Part shown: one piece after another, positions 1 to 10,693 of the stretch
How positions within the stretch are numbered: the stretch's first letter is position 1
Layout of the letters: each line of letters starts with the position of its first letter
NCBI RefSeq assembly: GCF_001194135.2
Contig: NC_068990.1
Location: 23,418,910 to 23,460,035 of the forward strand
Length of the DNA stretch: 41,126 nt
Reading direction: 5' to 3'
Origin: Octopus bimaculoides
Taxonomy: Eukaryota
Position numbers and translations under genes: made by a program
Notes under the pieces: model-generated
Database searches by the model: none
The model's input: only the letters and a program-made list of their open reading frames with translations
What the model was told of the DNA's origin: nothing

Positions 1-190
1 CGTATACCGAATTTTTTTTTTCAGCCGGCCGGCTTTTCGTAACATGAGTGAATATTCTATTCCCTTTTCTCTTTATGAGAGAATTCTCTTCTAAGCATGG
101 GGCTGACTGCGAGTACGTGCCATTGAAAAGGCTCAAAAATTCCGAAATGTACCTGACATTCTCCCTGGCCGCTGAAATGACGAATTTTCC

Positions 191-194
<4 letters not shown>

Positions 195-252
<58 letters not shown>
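195..252. repeat. (CT)n microsatellite
   Basis: Direct reading; near-perfect CT dinucleotide run. Confidence 0.98.
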
Positions 253-345
253 AATATTTACTGTTTTTAACTCAGTACGTCTACAAGAGGTGTAATATCA
301 TACATTCAGCAGTAACTAGCCTACCGGTGATGTACATATATTAAT

Positions 346-540
346 TTTTCTTTTCTACACTAGGCACAAGGCCCGAAATTTTGGAGTGGGGCAGTCCATT
401 AGATCGACCCAGTACACAACTGGCACTTAATTTATCGACCCTGAAAGATGAAAGGCAAAGTCGACCTCAGAACGTAAAGACAGACGAAATACCGCTAAGC
501 ATTTCGCCCGGCGTGCTAACGTTTCTGCCAGCTGCCCGCC
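346..540 (-). mobile_element. SINE family A copy (tRNA-derived head, Meta/MESC-like central box), small internal deletion
   Basis: Reverse complement matches the recurrent unit GGCGGCGAGCTGGCAGAAACGTTAGC...GAGGTCGACTTTGCCTTTCATC...TTGTGCCTAGWGTAGAAAAG seen more than 10 times in the window. The domain name is recalled, not searched. Confidence 0.85.
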
Positions 541-1021
541 TTAGTGTATATATTAATTTTGATACCTATATGAATATATAATGTGTTGTGAGATGAATTT
601 GTTCGTTTTCTTTTTCTCTACTTAGTATTCCACAGACATATGTCTAAATAAAGTCAAGTACATATATCCAAATTTCAAAAATGATAAACAAAACTTATCA
701 AGATAGAATAAGACTACAAAAAACACCAAAATGCTACATTAGAAATATTTCTAGTGTTAATTCAAATAACATTGAATGAATTAAAATGAATGGGGAAAAA
801 AACCGAATTAATTCATCTAACAAGATTGTACGTACTTACATATATGTGTGCGTATGTTTATGTATATATGTATGTATGTATGTATGTATGCATGCATGAA
901 CTATTATGTTTATATGTATGCATTATTATGTTTATATGTATGCATTATGCGCACACATATAAACATACATATATGTCTCTATAATACTCTAAATTCAAGA
1001 TTTTTTGTATGCGTGTAGTAA

Positions 1022-1256
1022 TCATCCTTTCTACTTTAGGCACAAGACCTTGAAAATTTGGTGGGAAGGTGGCTAGTCGAGAATATCGATCCCAGTGCGT
1101 AACTGGTACTTATTTAATCGACTCCGAAAGGATGAAAGACAAAGTCGATATCGGCGGAATTTGAACTCAGAACGTAGCGGCAGACCGCTAAGCATTTCGC
1201 CCGTAGACTGCCCCGCCACTTGCACGTTAAGCTAACACTTCTGCCAGCTCGCCGCC
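1022..1256 (-). mobile_element. SINE family A copy with ~25-nt insertion near 1204-1230
   Basis: Same unit; B-box GAGTTCAAATTCC visible on the minus strand. Confidence 0.85.
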
Positions 1257-1404
1257 TTTGTGTGGTTAATAATAACAGTAATTATTTTCACATTCTCCCC
1301 CGCTGGAGAACCTGAGTACCACTAATGACGGATACCATGTCCTAGTTCTTAGAAGAGCAAATTGTAGTAATTCTGGTTATAGAATGCCGATATCGTTTAA
1401 TACG

Positions 1405-1528
1405 GAAAACTGGAAAAGATTGGCCGTAAATAGGTTTCTTTTACGACGGAGAAATGGCTCCGTTCGCTGCGAGTAAACGTTCATCTGTCGAAAAAGAAGC
1501 CTATTTACGGCAATCATTTCCAGTCTTC
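1405..1528. repeat. Short inverted repeat (~40-bp arms), MITE-like
   Basis: CTGGAAAAGATTGGCCGTAAATAGGTTTCTTTTACGAC pairs with GTCGAAAAAGAAGCCTATTTACGGCAATCATTTCCAG. Confidence 0.75.
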
Positions 1529-1689
1529 TATAATCAACAATCTCACCAGTTCGACAACCAGATTTACTACAATGTGTGCCCCTTGTTTTTAGGCGAAAAA
1601 ATGATAAACGCCATGATAAAAATATTTTCTGGATCCATAAGTCTTAGATATGTCTTGGTTTGTTTACGTCGCTGTATCTTGGCAGTTTG

Positions 1690-1812
1690 ACAAAGAGGCC
1701 GATAGTATAAGTGCCATGCTTATTAAAATAAGTACTGGGGTCAATTCTTAAAACTAAAATATTTCAGGCAGTGCCCCAGGATGGCATCATTCTGCTGAGT
1801 GAAACAAGTTAA
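1690..1812 (+). mobile_element. SINE family B, decayed 3' half
   Basis: GACCGATAG-ATAAGT...ACTGGGGTC...GTGCCCCAGGATGG...TGAAACAAGT matches the 3' half of copies at 18940 and 20781. Confidence 0.65.
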
Positions 1813-1824
1813 AGATATATATAT

Positions 1825-2243
1825 AAAGAAGAAAATTGAGAAGAAATGGATGTAATTAATAATCTATTTGTATGCTACAAAAAGATGACAGCTTTCTTTT
1901 TAAAAAACATAACTACAAATAAATTGAAATATAGGTTGAAAGCTCAAAAAAAAATTAAAATGAAATAAGGAACCTACATATATGTTTCAGTCCTATCATC
2001 TAGTTAATGGGAATTTCGAAGGTTTCTTAGCATTAAAGCAAAACCTTCGAAATTCCGATCAACTAGATAATAGGACTGAAACATATATGTAGGTTCCTTA
2101 TTTTATTTTAATTTATATCTTGAGCTCTCAACCTGTAATTCAATTTATTTGTACTGTTATATTTTTTTAAAAGAAAACTTTCATCTTTTTCTAACATGCA
2201 AATAAATTATTATTTACATCCATTTCTTTTCCATTTTCTCCTT
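1825..2243. repeat. Long foldback: ~200-bp diverged inverted arms, 15-nt spacer (2026-2040)
   Basis: AATAAGGAACCTACATATATGTTTCAGTCCTATCATCTAGTT (left) mirrors AACTAGATAATAGGACTGAAACATATATGTAGGTTCCTTATT (right); pairing continues outward to about 1825/2243. Confidence 0.95.
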
Positions 2244-2401
2244 GTTTTCCCCGCCAAAACTGTACTGATCATTTCAATAATCCCAAACATATATGGATGT
2301 ATGCATGCATGCATGTATGTATGAGACAGAGAAAAGGGGAGAAAAGAAAGAGAGAGAGGGTGAGAATATGTGAATATATATGTGGATATACGAGTATTGA
2401 G

Positions 2402-2788
2402 TGGAGACGCAATGGCCCAGTGGTTATGGCAGCGGACTCGTGGTCATAGGATTGCGGTTTCGATTCCCAGACCGGGCGTTGTGAATGTTTATTGAGCGAA
2501 AACACCTAAAGCTCCACGAGGCTCCGGCACGGGATGGTGGCGAACCCTGCTGTACTCTTTCACCACAACTTTCTCTCACTCTTACTTCCTGTTTCTGTTG
2601 TGCCTGTAATTCAAAGGGCCAGCCTTGTCACACTGTGTCATGCTGAATATCCCCGAGAGCTACGTTAAGAGTATACGTGTCTGTGGAGTGCTCAGCCACA
2701 TGCAAGTTAATTTCACGAGCAGGCTGTTCCGTTGATCGAATCAACTGGAACCCTCGACGTCGTATGCGACGGAGTGCCAACAACAAAA
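2402..2788 (+). mobile_element. SINE family C-related full-length copy (tRNA-like head, (CAA)n tail)
   Basis: A-box TGGCCCAGTGG, B-box-like GGTTTCGATTCC, shared 3' body GTTAATTTCACGAGCAGGCTGTTCCGTTGA...CGACGGAGTGCCAACAACAA. Confidence 0.85.
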
Positions 2789-3019
2789 ACGAGTATTGAA
2801 CATTCATACGCCCATTTCCGGACAAAATGATATAAAAACTGTACATTAAAAATGAATGGCAAATTATGCATATTTTGTAAGCATATAAATGCATCATCGC
2901 ATTTTTATGCATTTACTGTGTGCAACAAATGCATACAGATTTGAGCTCATATCTTAATGAATGGCAAGAAGGTGACATAATCTGTAGAAGAAATATCTTA
3001 TCATACATGTAAAATAGTT

Positions 3020-3020
3020 T

Positions 3021-3097
<77 letters not shown>
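3020..3097. repeat. Compound (CA)n(TA)n microsatellite
   Basis: Direct reading. Confidence 0.98.
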
Positions 3098-3101
<4 letters not shown>

Positions 3102-3453
3102 GGGATAAAACTCACGCAGCAAAACATGTGACATTCTATTTGTATTACGTTATTACTATTATTGTTATTATTCATTTTGTTTGATCATGTACAAGTACGT
3201 GTACACGTCATCATTATTTTATCTATTTTATTAAATTTTAGAAAAGTTGAAGCATATCTTTCACAATTCCCGAGTGTATTGAGCATATTTTGCGCGTGGC
3301 CGTTGGCCCATTCTGTATATTGTTGACGTCATAAAAATTTTATAAGCTTTCGAGAGAATGCGAACTACTACTTTTATGGAATATCTCTAAGAATAGAGAT
3401 AAAGCTTGTGAATATTGGTTTGCAAATCCCTTTTGGAATAGATGAAGTCGAAG

Positions 3454-3524
3454 GCTGCCCTTGGGATTTGAACCGACATCTCCTGTAAGGCATGGCAGTC
3501 TTTCTACCATTGTACTAAAGCAAT
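3454..3524 (-). pseudogene. Degenerate tRNA-like sequence (tRNA pseudogene or isolated SINE head)
   Basis: Minus strand has TAGTACAATGGTAGAA (A-box), CTGCCAT and GGTTCAAATCCC (B-box) at tRNA-like spacing; D and anticodon stems pair poorly. Confidence 0.5.
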
Positions 3525-3677
3525 CTTTCGAATTTCTCAATCAATTTTAGAAACCTTGTACTCACCAACGAGAATTGCATGTTATTTACGTCATGAGAAT
3601 TTAGAAACTTCGAGAGAACGTGAAATAATTCACTTTTTATCTGTGGAACACGAAATAGATAAATCTATAAATAATCC

Positions 3678-3899
3678 TTTCTACGGTTTGGTATCAAATC
3701 TAGAATTTTGAGGGGCGTGGGTGGGGAAGGTTACTTGTTGATTTCATCGACAGCAGTGCTCAAGTGTTATTTAGCTTTTTGACTCCGAAAGATGAAAGGC
3801 AAAGTGGGATTCGGTGGAATTTGAACTTAGAACGTAAAGCCGGTGAACTGCCACTAAGCGTTTTGTCCGGCATGCTAAGGATTCTGTCAGCTCGCCGCT
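3678..3899 (-). mobile_element. SINE family A copy (first of a tandem pair)
   Basis: Family A head, B-box and central box present. Confidence 0.8.
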
Positions 3900-3914
3900 T
3901 TATCTTTAAAAAAA

Positions 3915-4130
3915 TATTGGTTTCAAATTTTGGGATAAGGGTAGTAGTTTCGGAGGGGGGGGGACAAGTAGATTACATCGACGTCAATGTTCAACTGGTA
4001 CTTATTTTATAGGCCCCGGATGAATAAAGGCTGAAGTCGACGTCGGCGAGATTTGAACTGGGAACGTAAAGCCAGTGAAATACTGGCAAGCATTTTGACT
4101 GGGCTGCAAACGATTCTGCCAGCTTGGCAC
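3915..4130 (-). mobile_element. SINE family A copy (second of a tandem pair)
   Basis: Family A motifs, more diverged. Confidence 0.8.
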
Positions 4131-4750
4131 CTTAATAAATCTGTAAATAACAGCGTGTAAGTATGATTTTAAAAGTCTTTGGCTATAAAATTCGAATGCT
4201 ACCCGTGGGATAGGATTCACATCTGTAAAGTTAACAGATTTATAGCTTTATCTGCTTCGAGCTCTACCGACAAAAACGAAACATTTATTTTTGTATTCAA
4301 CTGGTCTTAATGGCATAGTAAAAGCTTCTTATATAAAATTAAATTTGAAGGTAATAATTTAAATATTTACAATTTAAAACAGGTGCGTTCCTTTTCCTCG
4401 AAGTACCAGAGGCGGTCTCAGACAAGGTGCTTTAAAAAGAGTGAAGTTTTACTTAGAAGATATTAATTGTTAGAACATTAAAAGAGAAAGAGTAAGTTGT
4501 TTATGTCTATGACCTCGAGATTTCTTTTCAGTAAATATATTGCTACTTCAGAGAAGGCTGCGTTTTGCCCTGAAAATTTGAGACAAAAATGTGTATTGAA
4601 AACAAGTTTTAGTTTTACTGTCGTTTAAGAAATGAAGTAGGGATTTATGTGGTACCCTGGAAATTCTTTGTTCATCTCTCTGCACACGGACTCGAGAGAT
4701 TTCCATTTTTTTTCTTTTTTTTTTTTTTTTTTTTTGAAATGACAATGCAG

Positions 4751-4878
4751 AAAGATCTTGCTGTACATATAAACGTATTTTAGTTAATACAAGTCCTGCC
4801 AACACTTCTTCGTGGCTCTTGGAACCCTCCAATAAGTCCCTCAACAAATTCGTTGAAAAGAAAAAGTACGTGCGAAGA
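4751..4878 (+). CDS. Candidate internal exon (128 nt) of an unidentified gene: RSCCTYKRILVNTSPANTSSWLLEPSNKSLNKFVEKKKYVRR
   Basis: Long poly-T then TGCAG acceptor, one open frame, GTAAGT donor at 4879. No homology recognised. Confidence 0.3.
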
Positions 4879-6097
4879 GTAAGTAACTTTCTTCCTGCAT
4901 TATGTGAATGACAGTGAAAGATTTAAGATTTTGTTGTTGTTGTGGCGGCGGTGGTGGGAGTGCCGACGGTGCTGTTGTTTATTTAAGTTTCCCCTTCCTT
5001 CTCCCCTCTTTCTGCCTTTTTTTTTCGTCTCCTTTTCCTTCCCTTACTTCGAACGGAAATCCTTTCTTTGATGCTAGAATCAGTAACACGACAAAAAGTT
5101 CTACCATAAACGTCACCACAACAACCAACACAACATACAAGTTGCGCATATGAAGCATGTGTCAATCAAAGCAAACAGAATATATCACGAGCAAGTCAAA
5201 TATTAAATTCTTTCTAGAATACTGACCAGACATCTAATGTGAAGAATCTAGAAATAGCCACAACACATGGCGCAGTGATTACCGTACCAACATATTTTAC
5301 AACTTCAACGGTTAGGGATTGGCGTTAGTAGAGAATGTCTCCTATTCATCGAACATATTTCTAATAGACACCATTTTCTCGTGCACATCAGTGGTCTTTT
5401 GTTTCTGGATTGGTTCGTTGTTGATTTTATCCCTTCGATAGTCTACAACGATTATTTCAAGCTGACCCTGTTAGAAATATTTTCTTTCTTGGCATTTCTC
5501 CCAGTGACCGATTATTTGTCTAATAGTTGTTTACCACAAAGTAATATTTTTTACTCTATTGGTTCTCTAACAAATTACTACACATACTGAAGTGTTGGCC
5601 ATGCTTGTAGGCTTTCATGCCAGCTGTACCGTATAACTTATCCTAAATGTATCTTGTCTGTGAAGTGGCTTGGTTGCATCTCTTCTGATCCCACTCGAGT
5701 TACATCTTTACTCTCATATATATATTCTACTGATACATCTCTACCCGTGGCTCCAGTAATGGCCTTAGCAATAGAAAAGTGACGAAACTTAATATTTCTT
5801 GCCTACAAATGCTTTGGTTCATTTTCAGTGTCCAAGATGTGATATACAGTCGGTTGGTTAACTTCAACAGTATTTCCATATTTTCAGTTAACGCTTGGGG
5901 AAAGTAACACAGGAGTACCATATGAATGTTTATCAGCGTTACAGCATGAGACAACAGTTGGTTCTTTTATCCACCTCGTATTCATCACGAATCAAATAAA
6001 TAAACTCGCATTGACAGGTCTTCACAAAATCATTCAAATGTGTCCTATGGTACGTGTAATAATTATTTGTCACATGATACGTGTAATAATAATTATT

Positions 6098-6290
6098 TGG
6101 CTCACGTGACCTAGTGGTTAGGGTATTGCACTCACGATCACCAGGTCGCTAGCTCGTGGGTCCCATTCCCAGACAGGCCGGTGCGTTGTGTTCTTGAGCA
6201 AAACAATTCATCTCATGTTGCTCTAGTGCTGTGTCGGGATCGGCATATCAAAGAGTATACAGCAAGCATTTCTTCTGTCTGTCATAAAGA
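6098..6290 (+). mobile_element. SINE family C, decayed 5' part, inside the piggyBac-like relic
   Basis: GTGACCTAGTGGTTAGGGTATTGCACTCACGATC head and TGTGTTCTTGAGCAAAACA CORE-like box. Confidence 0.7.
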
Positions 6291-6295
6291 GTGAC

Positions 6296-6479
6296 TAAGA
6301 AAGGTTGGGATAGGATTTCCACTCCAATTTTGTAGACCCTAACCAGTCACGACTACCGAAACAGACCCATGGGTTGGAGGATTGCCGTTTGGGTGGTGCA
6401 AAGGTGTCATCCACCAGGAATAGGGAATCACCAACCAATGGTGAACGCAGCGACGCGTTGTTACAGTGCATTGCTCCAT

Positions 6480-6516
<37 letters not shown>
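6296..6516 (+). mobile_element. Probable LINE 3' end with (TAC)n tail
   Basis: GC-richer block ending GTGCATTGCTCCATC(TAC)12; clade not determined. Confidence 0.5.
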
Positions 6517-7524
6517 ATATGTAGTATTTATTTTTGACACCTGTTTGACCGCCAACCACCGTAAGCAAGAACACTCTCAAACAAAATATTCTTCTGACGT
6601 AATGTGAAGTGGAGTTTATACTGGACCCGATCGACGTTGATCAAAATCATTTAATTCAAGGTTCTTATCAGTCTCTCGATTTAGCAAACTCTACCAGTTA
6701 TCACCGATTACAGAATCCGTACTATTATCACAATATTTATCTCTTGTCACTGACCTAAGCGCTCCAGACGTACTACGTCCATGACCGCTATTGTGACCAC
6801 GTGCATTGAACAGTATGTTGAATATCAACTTTAAAGCCTTTGATACTGTTGGCTTCGCTTCCACATACTAACACGTAATCTGATGCGCTTCAATCATCTT
6901 CTGAGTCATTCAAAGAATAATCGGCATCCTGTAACAATTGATTTCCCTCGTCTAATTTGCACAGTTTTTATAATATACACATAGAGTGTACGCGCCAAGC
7001 TCTCGGCGAGGTTCATTTTTAAATATCAGAATCCAAGAAATCATTCGAGTCCTTAACATAGATGCAATTTCCATTGGATATAATAAGAGTTAAATTAAGT
7101 TATAAAGTGGAGTTAGAAAGACGGTATGTGTGTCGCTGTGATAGTTACTCGATAAACTATTTTGTGTCGATGTAATAGTTTCTCTATACATGCTATATTT
7201 GTCGGTATGGTAGCTAAAGTGTTAAGAGTACTTTAAACTTTACCAAATGCAAAGGTCACTTTTCTTTTCTTTTCAACATCATTGTGCTTCTTCAAGAAGT
7301 TCCTAAGCTGACTCAAAAGGTATAATATAATTTGCAAGCCCAAAATGTTAGTTTAAAGTGAAGTCGTGTTTAGTTGGGTTACGAAAGGTATGTATGTATG
7401 TATGTAAGTATGTATATTGGAATTGTATGAATAATACCATACTTAATTCTGGTGCCTAAACTTAAGTACCATATTCACCTTGAATCTAAATTTTATATAT
7501 TTGTATATATATATATATATATAT

Positions 7525-7961
7525 NNNNNNNNNNNNNNNNNNNNNNNNNNNNNNNNNNNNNNNNNNNNNNNNNNNNNNNNNNNNNNNNNNNNNNNNNNNN
7601 NNNNNNNNNNNNNNNNNNNNNNNNNNNNNNNNNNNNNNNNNNNNNNNNNNNNNNNNNNNNNNNNNNNNNNNNNNNNNNNNNNNNNNNNNNNNNNNNNNNN
7701 NNNNNNNNNNNNNNNNNNNNNNNNNNNNNNNNNNNNNNNNNNNNNNNNNNNNNNNNNNNNNNNNNNNNNNNNNNNNNNNNNNNNNNNNNNNNNNNNNNNN
7801 NNNNNNNNNNNNNNNNNNNNNNNNNNNNNNNNNNNNNNNNNNNNNNNNNNNNNNNNNNNNNNNNNNNNNNNNNNNNNNNNNNNNNNNNNNNNNNNNNNNN
7901 NNNNNNNNNNNNNNNNNNNNNNNNNNNNNNNNNNNNNNNNNNNNNNNNNNNNNNNNNNNNN
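7525..7961. other. Assembly gap between (TA)n and (GT)n
   Basis: N run. Confidence 1.
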
Positions 7962-8011
<50 letters not shown>

Positions 8012-8569
8012 ATAGGAATTATGTTTTTTGTGTGTAGTGTATATAAATATAGGAAACCGTATTTTCTATAAACAAATACTGATTTTGTAAGTTATACATC
8101 TTAAGTATGAATAGAACAATTCTATGTTGGAAATATTGAACAGCAATTATTGAAATTGCAATTGATGGGGAAAAACAAAAACTCTTTTGTCTTCATGAAT
8201 AATATGAATGTTAATCCATTTTGTTTCATTCCAATTTTTGTCACTTAAACAAAAGAATATATCGCTAAAAAAAAGTGTCACGATCACGTGAAACATTTAT
8301 GTGTGTACTTAAGTATATGCCTAAATATGATGTTTAGTGAGTAGAGGAAAACGTTTACTATCAAGTAATTTCTCTATTGGTGTTCACTACATTCTGAATG
8401 TGTCATCTAGATGTCTTTGTGTTGTGTCGACGCCCCCAGGCGAAGAAGTAGAATCTCCCAAGACATAAATAGAGGTAGTCTGGCCATGGTAGGAGTGTTG
8501 AGTAGCAGTCGAGTAGCAGTTGTGTAGCGGTTGAGTAGAGACCATCTGAAGGTGCTAGATAGCAGTAGC

Positions 8570-8680
8570 GTTGAGACTTTGCCTTTCATCTTTCGGGGTC
8601 GATAAAATAAGTACAAGTTATGCACTGCGGTCGATGTAATCGACCTAATCCCTTTCCTCCAAATTTGAGGCCTTGTGCTT
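8570..8680 (+). mobile_element. SINE family A, 3' part
   Basis: GACTTTGCCTTTCATCTTTCGGGGTCGATAAAATAAGTAC...GGCCTTGTGC. Confidence 0.8.
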
Positions 8681-9077
8681 CCATCAGCAAGGACTATTTG
8701 GCAATTTTGGCAATTTCTTCTGCAGTAGCTGGAGGTATTAGCTCAGCAAACCCGACCAGTTTTAGGTCCAGCGATGCATTGGAAAGTAATTGTCAAATTG
8801 TGCCAAAATTTGAAACCAATATTGCTCTAGGATCTGTGACGTCAATGTAAACTTTGTTTAGTGGTTCATTACTTCTGCATGGTGCGATGTAGATTAGTTG
8901 GTGGATTAATTGGCAGGTTAATTGGCAGATTAGTGAGTTTGTTGAGCAACATGGTGCAGGAGTCGTCAGAGATTTGAAGACCAAGGAACAGAGCAGAGAT
9001 TATTACAATTTCAACAATCTCTACTCATACTGACTTTTCCTGACTATTTTTGCAACCGCTATGAAATTTATTTCCAC

Positions 9078-9091
9078 CGCTACTACTGCTG

Positions 9092-9157
<66 letters not shown>

Positions 9158-9180
9158 TCACCACCACCACCTTCACCACC
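9078..9180. repeat. (TAC)n/(CAC)n trinucleotide repeat
   Basis: Direct reading. Confidence 0.97.
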
Positions 9181-9329
9181 ACTTCCCTACAAATATCTGT
9201 TCTTGTAGCAATGTGAGTTTAGGACTTGAAATGTTGCTATAACTATCAGTTTTTGCAAAGAGAGTGCGGAATTAGTTCTGCAGTTACGGTTGTGGACGCT
9301 GTTCATATTCTGGTTGCTATTGCAATTAA

Positions 9330-9336
9330 TGTTTCG

Positions 9337-9386
<50 letters not shown>

Positions 9387-9410
9387 GCTGTTGTTTTTGT
9401 TTTTGTTTTC
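9330..9410. repeat. (TTG)n repeat
   Basis: Direct reading; source of the poly-L and poly-C ORFs. Confidence 0.97.
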
Positions 9411-9689
9411 TGATTATTAAACTTTATAATTTTCTAATAATTGTTGTTATTGTCGTTGTTGCCGCTGGTCCTTGGTTTCCAAATAATTTTTGTGCTTTTT
9501 TCACTCACACAAATACATACACAGACACACACGTTTGTGTGTGTGTGTGTGCGTGTGTGTGTGTGTGTGTGTGTATGTATGTGCGTGTTGTATGTGTGTT
9601 GAATGTGTGTGTGTGTGTGTTTGTGTTGAGTGTATGCAAAGAATACTTGTTTGAGAGCACTAAATTAAAAATCGAAGAAAAAATAATAG

Positions 9690-10020
9690 TTGGCACTCCG
9701 TCGGTTGCGACGACGAGTGTTCCAGCTGATACGAACAACGGAACAGCCTGTTCGTGAAATTACCGTGTAAGTGGCTGAGTCCGCCACAGACACACGTGCC
9801 GTTAACGTAGATCTCAGGGAGATTCAGTGTAACTCAGAATGAGACAAGGCTGGCCCTTTGAATTACATGCACAACTCAATTTTGCTGGTTGAGTGAACTG
9901 GAGCAACTTGAAATAAAGTATCTTGCCCAAGGATCATGAACGCAATGCACCTCCGGCGATCGAACTCACGACCTTATGATCGTGAGCTTGATACCTTAAT
10001 CACTAAACACCGCACCTTCA
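9690..10020 (-). mobile_element. SINE family C full-length copy (tRNA-like head with TCACGAT loop, CORE-like box; resembles Octopus OR-type SINEs)
   Basis: Reverse complement of head GAAGGTGCGGTG..TAGTG..AAGGTATC..CTCACGATC..GGTCGTGAGTTCGATC and tail CGACGGAGTGCCAAC. Confidence 0.85.
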
Positions 10021-10147
10021 CAAACTCGAAGAAATAATTGGGATATAACACACGTATTCATAGGAGTACGTACTTTTTCTCTCATTTTATTTGATTGTTA
10101 AAGGTGAGATGATACCGAATGAGTTCCTCGTGGGCCAACAGTCATCC

Positions 10148-10196
10148 AGTTGGGGAAGGCAATGGCAAATCACTCTAAAATCTCTGACAAGAAATT
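10148..10196 (+). mobile_element. RTE/BovB-type UTR motif relic
   Basis: GGGGAAGGCAATGGCAAATCACTCTAAAATCTCTGACAAGAAA resembles the conserved GGAAGGCAATGGCAAACCACTCC...TTGCCAAGAAA motif of RTE LINEs (recalled). Confidence 0.55.
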
Positions 10197-10358
10197 ACTG
10201 TGAGAAAGTTAGAACGAAGTAAAGCTTTATCCAATGGGAGAACTAGCGCTTAAGCGAGAAGACTTTCGTTGCAGTGTCATCAACGCGCCGCAAAAGCGCG
10301 CGATGTATTACGACGACGGCGATGGATGATGTCACAGAAGTTATATAGACCAGCACAA

Positions 10359-10595
10359 GGCGGCGAGCTGGCAGAGACGTTAGCACGCTGGGCGAAATGC
10401 TTAGCGGTATTTCGTCTGTCTTTACGTTCTGAGTTCAAATTCCGCTGAGGTCGACTTTACCTTTTATCCTTTCGAGGTCGATAAATTAAGTACCAGAATT
10501 TCTGGCTTTGTGCCTAGAGTAGAAAAGTAACGTTAGCACGCCGGGCGAAATGTTTAGCGGTATTTCGTTTGTCTTGTGCCTAGAGTAGAAAAGAA
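10359..10595 (+). mobile_element. SINE family A copy plus chimeric tandem partial duplicate
   Basis: A near-full unit, then a second ACGTTAGCACG...TTTCGTTTGTC joined directly to the TTGTGCCTAGAGTAGAAAAG tail. Confidence 0.9.
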
Positions 10596-10693
10596 TATAG
10601 CCCAATACAGACAATATAAAAAATAATACATTATATATTTGTTTAATATGAGGAGAGTGGTGCAATGGTCAGTAGATAGAAACTACTCATATA

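Larger units (their letters stand above)
5350..6955 (-). mobile_element. Fragmented piggyBac-like transposase relic with nested insertions
   Basis: Minus-strand translation with stops and frameshifts gives an acidic N-terminus (LDEGNQLLQDADYSLNDSEDD), SGPV..SEEYF..INTTYV, KYGNTVEVNQPTV, FRHFSIAKAI and a decayed RCR..ETKDH.CA..VY motif. This order matches piggyBac/PGBD proteins by eye. No TTAA-bounded TIRs found. Confidence 0.5.

Noticed and set aside
1-172. Minus-strand open frame ARENVRYISEFLSLFNGTYSQSAPC... after a CATTTCAG acceptor, and a plus-strand acceptor at 25
   Set aside because: Splice signals conflict between strands, the frame is truncated by the window edge, and no family is recognised.
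1336-1365. HVLVLRRANC, resembling the IL-17 ILVLRR..C motif
   Set aside because: The downstream CxC is missing, there is no good acceptor, and the frame runs into an inverted repeat.
3454-3524. Functional tRNA gene
   Set aside because: The cloverleaf has multiple mismatches in the D and anticodon stems; kept only as a relic.
5272-5298. AVITVPTYF, resembling HSP70 AVITVPAYF
   Set aside because: Nine residues only; the flanks do not continue the HSP70 sequence in any frame.
8411-8990. Short protein-like frames (MSLCCVDAPRRRSR...; amphipathic LVGGLIGRLIGRLVSLL)
   Set aside because: Several competing short frames, weak splice sites and no signal peptide or homology.
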